Of a DNA stretch of 64,000 bases, positions 50,370-58,443 are shown one piece after another. Position numbers and translations under genes: made by a program. The stretch is taken from NCBI GenBank assembly GCA_039589315.1, contig JBDHHQ010000001.1, forward strand, positions 32,001-96,000, in the 5' to 3' direction. This DNA comes from Gemmatimonadota bacterium. GTDB taxonomy: Bacteria; Gemmatimonadota; Gemmatimonadetes; Longimicrobiales; Gaopeijiaceae. The notes beneath the pieces were generated by a model. That model searched no databases and was not told the DNA's origin. It was given only the letters and a program-made list of their open reading frames with translations. Within the stretch, counting starts at the first letter, position 1. Every line of letters begins with the position of its first letter.

Positions 50370-51835
50370 CGGACGACGCCGGCCCACGCGGGACCCCGAG
50401 CGGGTACGAGCCCGTCATCGGCCTGGAGGTGCACGTTCAGCTTCGCACCGCAGAGAAGCTGTTCTGCGCTGACTCTACGGCGTTCGGCGCGGCTCCCAAC
50501 ACGAATGTCTGCCCCGTGTGCCTGGGCCTGCCCGGCGCCCTCCCGGTCCTCAACGGCGAAGCCGTCCGACTCGCGGTCACAGTCGCGCTCGCGTTGGAGT
50601 GCCGCGTTCATCCCACGAGCGTCTTCGCCCGGAAGAACTACTTCTATCCCGACTTGCCCAAGGGGTACCAGATCTCCCAGTTCGAGGCGCCGCTGGCCAC
50701 CGGAGGTCGGTTCGCCGCCGGAGACGGGGAGCATGCCCCCGTGGTCGGCATCACGCGCATCCACATCGAGGAGGATGCGGGCAAGTCCCTGCACGATCGC
50801 TTCGAGGGTGCCACGGCCGTGGACCTGAACCGGACGGGCACTCCCCTCGTCGAAATCGTGACCGGACCGGACCTCGCGTCACCGGAGCACGCCCGGTCCT
50901 TCCTCCAACGCCTGAAGCGACTTCTCGAGTACCTGGACGTGAGCGACTGCAACATGGAGGAGGGGAGTCTCCGCGTGGATGCGAACGTCTCGGTGCGACC
51001 CTCCGGTTCCCGGGGCCTCGGGACCAAGACCGAGGTGAAGAACCTCAACTCGTTCTCCGCGGTGGAGCGGGCCCTTCACACGGAGATCGCCCGTCAGGTC
51101 GCGGTCCTGGAGCAGGGGGGGCGGATCGTACAGGAGACCCTGCTGTGGGACGCGGCCGCGGCTCGAGTCCGCACCATGCGGTCGAAGGAGGAGAGCCACG
51201 ACTACCGGTACTTCCCCGACCCCGACCTGCCGCCCCTGGTCCTGGAATCGTCCGAGATCGAGGCACTCCGGTCGACTCTGCCCGAGCTGCCCGACGACCG
51301 GCGCCGGCGTTTCGAGGTGGAGCTGGGACTGCCGGAGTACGACGCCGGTGTGCTCGCGGCGTCGAGGGGCGTCGCCGACTACTTCGAGGCCCTGGTGGCG
51401 GCGGGGCTTCAGGCCAAGGAGGCGTCCAACTGGGTGATGGGCCCGGTGCTACGTGAGGCCAACGAGCGGGGCCTCGGGCTCGCCGACTTCCCCGTTTCTC
51501 CCGCAGGACTCGTGGCGCTGGTGGAGTTGGTGGAGGACGGAACGTTGTCGCGGCGGATGGGCAGGCAGGTCCTGGTGGAGATGGTGGAGACCGGCCTGCC
51601 CGCAACCGAAATCGTCGAAGCCGGAGGCCTGGCCCAGGTTTCGGGTGCCGAGCAGCTGGAGGAGTGGGTTCAGGCCGCGCTGGCGGACCACCCGGACGAG
51701 GTGAGCCGTTACCGGGCGGGGCAGGCGCGGTTGCTCGGCTTCTTCATCGGGGAGGTCATGAAGCGCTCGGCGGGGCGGGCAGACCCAAAGGCTGCTCGGG
51801 CTGTTCTGTCTCGGCGGTTGGCTGGAGAGGGATGA
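50366..51835 (+). CDS. gatB: Asp/Glu-tRNA amidotransferase subunit B
   Basis: [52 protein letters not shown]. Confidence 0.96.
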   Translation: MTDDAGPRGTPSGYEPVIGLEVHVQLRTAEKLFCADSTAFGAAPNTNVCPVCLGLPGALPVLNGEAVRLAVTVALALECRVHPTSVFARKNYFYPDLPKGYQISQFEAPLATGGRFAAGDGEHAPVVGITRIHIEEDAGKSLHDRFEGATAVDLNRTGTPLVEIVTGPDLASPEHARSFLQRLKRLLEYLDVSDCNMEEGSLRVDANVSVRPSGSRGLGTKTEVKNLNSFSAVERALHTEIARQVAVLEQGGRIVQETLLWDAAAARVRTMRSKEESHDYRYFPDPDLPPLVLESSEIEALRSTLPELPDDRRRRFEVELGLPEYDAGVLAASRGVADYFEALVAAGLQAKEASNWVMGPVLREANERGLGLADFPVSPAGLVALVELVEDGTLSRRMGRQVLVEMVETGLPATEIVEAGGLAQVSGAEQLEEWVQAALADHPDEVSRYRAGQARLLGFFIGEVMKRSAGRADPKAARAVLSRRLAGEG

Positions 51836-52748
51836 CGTCCGCGCTCCAGGGCGTGTCGAATTCGGGCGACGGCCAGTAGCGCAGCGGCTCGGCAGGCAGT
51901 GGGAAGAACTCGTTGGCCATCTCCGCCAGTGCCGTGGCATCCTGGGCCTCGGGATTCGCCATGGCCACCCGGCGCACCTTCTTGGCGAGCCGCAGGTTCA
52001 GATCCCCGACCGGATCCAGAGCGCCAGGGCGCGAGTCGCTTCGGCTTGTCAGGTAGTCGACGACATAGTCGAAAGAGAGGGCGCCGTACTGCTCCACGTC
52101 GGTGTCCGGGAGGTCGAAGCGGGAGTTCTTCAGGACCCGATCGAAGACCTGTTGCCACTGATCGCTGTCCTGGATACGGATCATTCCGCGGAAGATGCGC
52201 CGATTCGTCTGAAAGCTGAAAAGGGTCCGGCTGAGCACGGCGTCGAAGAGGGCGTCGGCCTCGGAGTGATCGTAGTCGATCACGAGCCGGCGGGCCTTGG
52301 CCATGTGATCCTGGCCCACGTGCATGTCCATCCGGTGCTCCCAATACGTGTGCCCCAACGCCTGGGTCGTGCTGGTGAGCAGGAGCTGCCGGGGCACGAA
52401 GAGGTTGTGGGCGATCGTGTCCGCCGCCAGGTGCGCGAGGTAGCCGAGCCCGGTGGCTCTCAGCGCGTCGTTCTCGGCCGACGCCAGGATCTCCTCACCC
52501 ACCGGCCAGTGGTGACAGTGACGGCCCTCGGGAACGTACTTCTTGGCGAACGAGATGTCGGCGGCCACCGAGCCGTAGAGAAAGTGGATGGGAAACCTCT
52601 CGAGCAGCGCACGGATGGCTGGTGGCAGCAGGTAGAGAGAGGCCAGCACGGCCTCGCCCAGGGCCACGTGCGTGGCCGGGCCCCAGGCCCATGCGGGCTG
52701 GGGCAGCAGCAAGAGCCACCCCAGTGCCACGAGAAGTGCCGCCACCAA
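51756..52748 (-). CDS. Zinc-dependent phospholipase C family protein
   Basis: Signal peptide ending AWA-WGPATH; GSVAAD; HCH; GYLAHLAADTIAHN; H.YWE; start set at TTG 52748 just after the upstream stop. Confidence 0.85.
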   Translation of the reverse strand: MVAALLVALGWLLLLPQPAWAWGPATHVALGEAVLASLYLLPPAIRALLERFPIHFLYGSVAADISFAKKYVPEGRHCHHWPVGEEILASAENDALRATGLGYLAHLAADTIAHNLFVPRQLLLTSTTQALGHTYWEHRMDMHVGQDHMAKARRLVIDYDHSEADALFDAVLSRTLFSFQTNRRIFRGMIRIQDSDQWQQVFDRVLKNSRFDLPDTDVEQYGALSFDYVVDYLTSRSDSRPGALDPVGDLNLRLAKKVRRVAMANPEAQDATALAEMANEFFPLPAEPLRYWPSPEFDTPWSADVIPLQPTAETEQPEQPLGLPAPPSAS

Positions 52749-52752
52749 GGTC

Positions 52753-53055
52753 CTACCGCCCCCCCGAGTTCCAGGCACCCAGGAACGCTCCGCCCAGCCG
52801 AGAGAGGGCGGTGTGCGCGAGCTCCTCACCCGCGCCGCGGGCGAGCCGGCCCGCTTCGTCCTTGAGCTCGCGAAGAAACGACGACTGGCTGGCTGTGCCC
52901 CGACGACGACTCCGTCGGCCCGGGCGGAGCCGGCGGGTCGGCGTGGGCGTTCGCTCCTGGGAGCGCAGCACTGTGACGACGCTCCAACCGATGGCGGCCC
53001 CGAGTGCGAGGGCTGCCGTGAAGTCCACAGCGTCTTTGGAAGGGAACGGCCTCAT
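52753..53055 (-). CDS. Small membrane-anchored protein, YtxH-like
   Basis: ATG 53055 overlaps the DUF948 stop (ATGA); F.AALALGAAIG anchor followed by a basic/helical region. Confidence 0.55.
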   Translation of the reverse strand: MRPFPSKDAVDFTAALALGAAIGWSVVTVLRSQERTPTPTRRLRPGRRSRRRGTASQSSFLRELKDEAGRLARGAGEELAHTALSRLGGAFLGAWNSGGR

Positions 53056-53579
53056 GTCTCCTCTGGGTCCGGGTCCTGGCTGACTGCATGGGGTTGGCTG
53101 AGGGCTCGTGCCCCCTCCCGCACGGCCCGTACGGTCGAGGCCGTGTCGATGAACAGTCCCTCGGCCTCCGACTGGACGACCTCGAGGAGCGCGTTGAACT
53201 CCTCGATTCGTTCTTCGACACGATCGGAGGCCTGGTTGAGCCGTGCCGTGAGCGATGCCACCGACCCGTGGACCCGCTCCAGGTCCTCCCGGAGGACCGC
53301 GGTCATGTACGTGACGTTGTCCGCGGCGGTCTGGGCGCGTGTGGCCACTGGCAGCACGTGCTTGCGCGCGTCGGCCATGAGCCGGTTCGAGAGGATCACG
53401 AGCCGCCGCATCTGCACCATCGCGCCGATGGTGAGCACGACGAGCACGGCGAGGAGGATCGCGATGACGACTGTCGACACCTGCGCCCACATCTCCAACT
53501 GGGCGGCGGCGGGAACGAACACCACGGTGTCGGCCTGCACGGCGGCCGGGTTCCACGGGACCAGGAGTAGCTGCGTCAT
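53052..53579 (-). CDS. DUF948 (YtxG-like) membrane coiled-coil protein
   Basis: N-terminal TM followed by a long heptad region; context upstream of a YtxH-like gene. Confidence 0.65.
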   Translation of the reverse strand: MTQLLLVPWNPAAVQADTVVFVPAAAQLEMWAQVSTVVIAILLAVLVVLTIGAMVQMRRLVILSNRLMADARKHVLPVATRAQTAADNVTYMTAVLREDLERVHGSVASLTARLNQASDRVEERIEEFNALLEVVQSEAEGLFIDTASTVRAVREGARALSQPHAVSQDPDPEET

Positions 53580-53800
53580 GGAAGGAGTCTACGACGAAAC
53601 GCGCCCCAGGGTCCAGACGCACGGGTCGAAGGCCTCGGCTATCCCGGAGCGAGGCTGGGACGATCCGGGGCAAGCCGTAGCGCATCGAGACGAGCAGTCG
53701 GGATTCCGCGACCAACGCCGCAACGTCGGACGAGGTCAGAACTCTTTGCGAGAGAATGATATGGATGATCGCGCGGCGTGACGCGAGGGCTTCGCCGGGC

Positions 53801-53816
53801 CGGCACGGGGACTGCA
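53801..53816 (+). promoter_or_regulatory. Candidate sigma-54 (-24/-12) site
   Basis: CGGCACGGGGACTGCA: GG-N10-GC spacing, near the TGGCAC-N5-TTGCA consensus. Confidence 0.35.
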
Positions 53817-54024
53817 ATGGCACGGGGGTGCACGGGTTGGCCGCTCCCCTCCGGGGTGTTCGCGAGGGGTTGCCCGACGAAGCCCCCCCGGGAGGGGAAG
53901 GAGGACCCACATGAGTCGGTTGCTGAGGGCCCCGGGGCCCGGATATGTTCGTGCCGATTCAACGGCGATCCACCCCGCACCCGCCGGGGACACCCGCCCG
54001 CCTTCATCCCGGTCCGGTCTCGAC

Positions 54025-55305
54025 ATGCCCAGCTTCGTCGTCGACGGCGGCCGCCCTCTGGACGGAGAGGTGCGCCCCGCCGGCAACAAGAACGCCGCTC
54101 TTCCGGCCCTGGCCGCCACCGTCCTCACGGACCAGCCGGTCACCTTGTCCAACATCCCTCGCATTCGCGACGTGGAGACCTTCCTGGAGATCGTGGTGGC
54201 GCTGGGCGCCGACGCGACCTGGGAGGCCTCGAACACCGTGCGGGTCGATGCGTCCGGGGTCACCGTGGGCAAGCCCGACCCGCAGCTGGCCAAGCGCGTG
54301 CGTGCCTCCCTGCTGCTGGCCGGGCCGCTCCTCGCCCGCTTCGGGCGGGTGAGCTTGCCGCCTCCGGGTGGCGACGTGATCGGGCGGCGTCGTCTGGACA
54401 CGCATTTCCTGGCGTTCGAGGCGCTGGGCGCCAGCGTCACCCTCAACGGCGGCTTCGAGATCGAGGCCGACCGGCTGCGAGGCGCCAACCTCTTCCTGGA
54501 CGAGCCGTCGGTGACCGGGACCGAAAACGCCCTGATGGCCGCCGTCCTCGCGGACGGGGTCACGGTCATGCGTAACGTCGCGGCCGAGCCCCACGTCCAG
54601 GACCTCTGCCACCTGCTGAACGCCATGGGGGGCCGGATCGAGGGCATCGGGACGAACACGCTGCGGGTGGAGGGGGTCCCGTTCCTGGGCGGTGCCGACT
54701 TCGCCATCGGCGCGGACCACATCGAAACGGGATCGTTCATGGGACTGGCGGCCGTGACCGGCAGCCGGATCACCGTGAAGGACGCGCCACTGGAGCACAT
54801 GGACTCCACGCTTCTCGGGTTCCGCCGACTCGGCCTCGAGTGCTCGACTCAGGGCAACGACCTGGTGGTGCACGGCGATCGAGACCTGGTGGTTCGACGG
54901 GACGCCTTCGGCCACGTGCCCAAGGTGGACGACGGCCCGTGGCCGGCGTTTCCCGCCGACTTGACCTCCATCGCCCTGGTCACCGCCGTCGTTTCGTCCG
55001 GGACCGTCCTCATTCACGAGAAGATGTTCGAGTCCCGCATGTACTTCACCGACAAGCTCGTCGGCATGGGAGCCCAGATCATCCTGTGTGACCCGCACCG
55101 GGCGGTCGTCGTGGGTCCGGCCCAACTCCGGGGGCAGACGCTGGAGAGCCCGGACATCAGGGCGGGCATGGCGCTCCTCATCGCCGCCCTGGGCGCCGAA
55201 GGGAGGAGCCGGATTCACAACATCGGGCAGATCGAGCGTGGCTACGAGCGGATCGACGAGCGCCTGAGAGCTCTCGGTGCCGCCATCGAGCGCCTGGAGG
55301 AGTAG
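54025..55305 (+). CDS. murA: UDP-N-acetylglucosamine 1-carboxyvinyltransferase
   Basis: GNKNAALP, RASLL.AGPLLAR, PGGDVIGRR, SVTGTEN, P.FP.DL, FESR, DIRAG, RGYE; in-frame ATG 53911 is an alternative start. Confidence 0.96.
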   Translation: MPSFVVDGGRPLDGEVRPAGNKNAALPALAATVLTDQPVTLSNIPRIRDVETFLEIVVALGADATWEASNTVRVDASGVTVGKPDPQLAKRVRASLLLAGPLLARFGRVSLPPPGGDVIGRRRLDTHFLAFEALGASVTLNGGFEIEADRLRGANLFLDEPSVTGTENALMAAVLADGVTVMRNVAAEPHVQDLCHLLNAMGGRIEGIGTNTLRVEGVPFLGGADFAIGADHIETGSFMGLAAVTGSRITVKDAPLEHMDSTLLGFRRLGLECSTQGNDLVVHGDRDLVVRRDAFGHVPKVDDGPWPAFPADLTSIALVTAVVSSGTVLIHEKMFESRMYFTDKLVGMGAQIILCDPHRAVVVGPAQLRGQTLESPDIRAGMALLIAALGAEGRSRIHNIGQIERGYERIDERLRALGAAIERLEE

Positions 55306-55448
55306 ACGCCCGTCCGGCGGACGCGACCCGTGCGGCGCCGAGCGGAAACCTGGGCGCTCCCCGCTCCGTAGGCTCTTGTGACCGGCCGGCCGGAGAACGG
55401 AGACCGCAGGGACGCCTGCCTGACAGTGACCGACAACGGCAAGACGAC

Positions 55449-55850
55449 ATGACCGACGACAACAAGGGAAAGCGCGAGGGGATCCGGGACGGCCTTCGCC
55501 AGGGCGTGGGGGTCCTTTCGGCCTTCAAGGAGGCGATAGAGGAGACCATCGCCGAGGCGCGTGAGCGGGGTGACCTCAGGCCGGAGCGGGCCAAGGAGGC
55601 CATGCGCGGTGCCCTGGACAAGGCGCAGGAGGCGGCCGGGACGGCGCGGGAGCGTTTCGACTTCGTGACCCAGAAGGAGCTCGCCCAACTCGCCGAGACC
55701 GTGTCGGACCTGGTGCGCCGCGTCGCGATTCTGGAAGGCACCGGCGACGAGGGCACCGCCAGCCCCGACGAGGCCGCCGAGGCCCCGGGCGAGCTCGCGG
55801 ACGAGGGCACGGGAGCCCAGGCCGGGGAGGGAGATACCGCCAACACGTGA
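55449..55850 (+). CDS. Phasin/PhaF-like helical protein
   Basis: GVGVLS..E..ERGDL..E.AK and DFVTQKEL..L..RV..LE patterns; acidic tail. Confidence 0.6.
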   Translation: MTDDNKGKREGIRDGLRQGVGVLSAFKEAIEETIAEARERGDLRPERAKEAMRGALDKAQEAAGTARERFDFVTQKELAQLAETVSDLVRRVAILEGTGDEGTASPDEAAEAPGELADEGTGAQAGEGDTANT

Positions 55851-55866
55851 GGCCCGTGGCGTCACC

Positions 55867-55895
55867 TTGAAACGGCGCCCGGTCCTGACTATACT
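55867..55895 (+). promoter_or_regulatory. Sigma-70 promoter of the rimP-nusA-infB operon
   Basis: TTGAAA-N17-TATACT. Confidence 0.75.
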
Positions 55896-55912
55896 ACTGT
55901 GCGGTAGGTGCG

Positions 55913-55970
55913 GCCGCCCGGGAGGCGGCATTTTTTGCGAGTGGGGGTGTTGGCGGCCCCCGCTTTTTTA
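55913..55970 (+). promoter_or_regulatory. rimP leader with two tandem terminator-like hairpins
   Basis: GCCGCC-cggga-GGCGGC-ATTTTTT (55913-55936), then GAGTGGGGG..CCCCCGCTT running into a T-tract (55939-55970). Confidence 0.65.
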
Positions 55971-55997
55971 TTCCCGTCGGCCCGGGCGGGAGGCGAG

Positions 55998-56483
55998 ATG
56001 CGAAAGCCGGTGCCGGAGGTGGAGCTCGAGCTCGAGGCCCGTGTGGAGGGCCTCGGCTACGAGCTGGTCGCGTTGGAGTGGGGCGGTTCGAAGAACCGAC
56101 CGCTGCTCCGGCTCCGGATCGACGTGCCGGGCGCGTCTCCGGGGCAGGGCGTGACCGTGGACGACTGCACCCGGGTGAGCCGAGCGCTGGAGGCCTGGTT
56201 GGACGGCGTCGAGGCTCTGCCGGAGCGATACGTGCTCGAGGTTTCGTCGCCCGGGCTCGACCGGCCGTTGGTACGGGACCGGGACTTCGAGCGCTTCCGG
56301 GGTGAGTGGATCGCGGTAAAGGGCAGGACGGTCCTGGCGGAACGCGCCCGTCGGCTGGAGGGCGAGTTGCTGGGGATGGACGCTGAAAAAAGGGCGGTGC
56401 GCCTGAAGCTCCAGGACGGAGCGGAGGTCTCCATTCCGAAGGGGGAGATCACGGGGGCGCACCTGGTGTTTCGCTGGGATTGA
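55998..56483 (+). CDS. rimP: Ribosome maturation factor RimP
   Basis: GYELV, GVTVDDC.RVSR, Y.LEVSSPGLDRPL; GGAGG before ATG 55998. Confidence 0.95.
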   Translation: MRKPVPEVELELEARVEGLGYELVALEWGGSKNRPLLRLRIDVPGASPGQGVTVDDCTRVSRALEAWLDGVEALPERYVLEVSSPGLDRPLVRDRDFERFRGEWIAVKGRTVLAERARRLEGELLGMDAEKRAVRLKLQDGAEVSIPKGEITGAHLVFRWD

Positions 56484-56612
56484 CCTGGCGATAGGGCCCT
56501 CCCGGCGACGAGACGCGTTGCCGTGGGGGCCTTCGATACGGAGCGAGGGGTCAGGGGCCTGCGACCCGCACGTCACGAGCGGACAGGGCCCAACAAGGGG
56601 GAGCAAAAGACC

Positions 56613-58100
56613 ATGGACAGTGGCCAGATCATCGCGGCCTTCCGCGACATTGCAGCCACGAAGAGTCTTTCGCCCGACGAGATGCACGACCTGATCCGCG
56701 ACGGGATCATGGCCGGTCTCGCACGGATCCACGGGCCGAACGTCGAGGCCGAGATCGAGATCGACGAAGACACCGGCGAGTTCAGTATCGTCGTGCTGCG
56801 CCGGGTCGTGGAAGAGGTGGAGGACCCGTCGACGGAGATCTCGTTGGAAGAGGCCCACTGGGACGATCCCACCTACGAGGTGGGAGACATCATGGAGATT
56901 CCCGTGGACTTCGCGCAGTTCGGCCGCAACGCGGTCATGGCCGTCAAGCAGCGCATCGTGCAGCGCGTCCGCGAAGGCGAGCGCCAGCGCATCCGCGACG
57001 AATACGAGGATCGCGTGGGCGAGCTGCTCTCGGGAGAGGTGCAGCAGGTCGAGCGCGGCAAGATGGTCGTGATGCTCAATCGGACCCGTGACGCTGACGC
57101 CATCATCCCCTGGAAGGAACAGAACCCACGGGAGCGCTTCCGCCAGGGTGATCCCATCAGGGCGGTGCTCAAGAAGGTGGACGAAACGCCCAAGGGGCCA
57201 CGGTTGATCCTCTCGAGGGCCGACCCGCTGTTCGTCGCGGCGCTCTTCAAACTGGAGGTGCCGGAGATCTATCAGGGGATCGTGGAGATCAGGCAGCTGG
57301 CCCGGGAAGTCGGAGGCCGGACCAAGATGGCCGTCTCCAGCCGGGACGACTCCATCGACCCGGTTGGAGCCTGCGTCGGGTTGAAGGGCTCGCGGGTGCA
57401 GGCCGTGGTGTCGGAGTTGAACGGCGAGCGCATCGACATCGTGCCGTGGCACCCGGACCCCGAGGTGTTCGCCCGCCGTGCGCTGGCGCCCGCCCGGGTA
57501 TCCAAGGTCATGAGCGACCATCAACGGCAGGTCATCACCTCCATCGTCGACGAGGACCAGCTTTCGCTGGCCATCGGCCGGAACGGACAGAACGTACGGC
57601 TCGCCTCCCAGCTCATCGGTTGGCAGATCGACCTGTACGGGTCACGGGAGTGGCTCGAGCGCGGCGCGGACCTGTCGCTCTTCGGCGGCGGCGAGGAAAC
57701 GATGGAGATGGCCGACTTCCCGTTGGCCGAGCTCGAGCTGGAGGCGGCGACTCTGGCGGCCCTGGAATCGGCCGGGTATAGTACGTTTCTTGACATCATC
57801 GACCTCGAGAGGGGCGATCTGCTGCAGGTTGAGGGACTTGGAGAGGAAGAGGCGGATCGCATCCTGGGACTCATCGACGAGCTGACCGTCGTCGAAGGGG
57901 AGCCCAGCGAGGTCGCCGCTGGCGACGTTATCGGCGAAACCGAAGCGTCCGGGTCCGAAGCGGACGCGGACGCTTCCGAGTCGGAGGGTGTGGAGGCTCT
58001 TGTCGCCGGCGAATCGGTGGCGGCGGGTGAGGAGACGGAGCCCGAGGTCACCGAGGAGGCGACGGTTGCCGCCGAGGAGTCGCAGAAAGAGACCGGCTGA
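56613..58100 (+). CDS. nusA: Transcription termination/antitermination factor NusA
   Basis: FGRNA..KQ.I.Q.VRE.ER, S1 domain, DPVGACVG.KGSRV, LSLAIGRNGQNVRLAS.L.GW.ID. Confidence 0.96.
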   Translation: MDSGQIIAAFRDIAATKSLSPDEMHDLIRDGIMAGLARIHGPNVEAEIEIDEDTGEFSIVVLRRVVEEVEDPSTEISLEEAHWDDPTYEVGDIMEIPVDFAQFGRNAVMAVKQRIVQRVREGERQRIRDEYEDRVGELLSGEVQQVERGKMVVMLNRTRDADAIIPWKEQNPRERFRQGDPIRAVLKKVDETPKGPRLILSRADPLFVAALFKLEVPEIYQGIVEIRQLAREVGGRTKMAVSSRDDSIDPVGACVGLKGSRVQAVVSELNGERIDIVPWHPDPEVFARRALAPARVSKVMSDHQRQVITSIVDEDQLSLAIGRNGQNVRLASQLIGWQIDLYGSREWLERGADLSLFGGGEETMEMADFPLAELELEAATLAALESAGYSTFLDIIDLERGDLLQVEGLGEEEADRILGLIDELTVVEGEPSEVAAGDVIGETEASGSEADADASESEGVEALVAGESVAAGEETEPEVTEEATVAAEESQKETG

Positions 58101-58425
58101 CGGCCTGGCGCTGTTGGGTTTGGCACAGCGGGCCGGCGCCCTGGCTCGGGGTGGCGAGGCGACGCGCCGCGCTATCCAGAAGGGTGAGGCACGGCTGGTC
58201 GTGCTGGCCGAGGACGCGTCTCGGACACAGTTGGACAAGATCCTGAAAGCGATGAAGGGCCGATCTGTCGATCGGAGGTTCGTGCCGAGTCGGAGCCAGT
58301 TGGGCGCCGCGCTTGGAGTCGCGCCACTCTCTGCGGTGGCCGTGACCGAGCGGGCGTTCGCTCGGCAGTTGGCGCGAACGCTCGAGTCGGACGGCGGAAC
58401 TGCCGTCCCGACCCATTCGAAGTAG
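58066..58425 (+). CDS. L7Ae/L30e-family protein (YlxQ-like)
   Basis: LLGLAQRAG....G, LVVLAEDAS, LGAALG; TTG 58066 after GAGGAGG; lies between nusA and infB. Confidence 0.85.
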   Translation: MPPRSRRKRPADGLALLGLAQRAGALARGGEATRRAIQKGEARLVVLAEDASRTQLDKILKAMKGRSVDRRFVPSRSQLGAALGVAPLSAVAVTERAFARQLARTLESDGGTAVPTHSK

Positions 58426-58443
58426 CGGAGGTAGTACGAACGC

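Noticed and set aside
52826..53221. 131-aa ORF coupled to a GTG at 52829
   Set aside because: Low-complexity translation; the frame 52753-53055 fits better (ATGA coupling, TM anchor)
53665..53714. tRNA-Pro-like words (CGGGG..GTAGCGCA..CGACCA)
   Set aside because: Too short, no TTCRA T-loop and no cloverleaf
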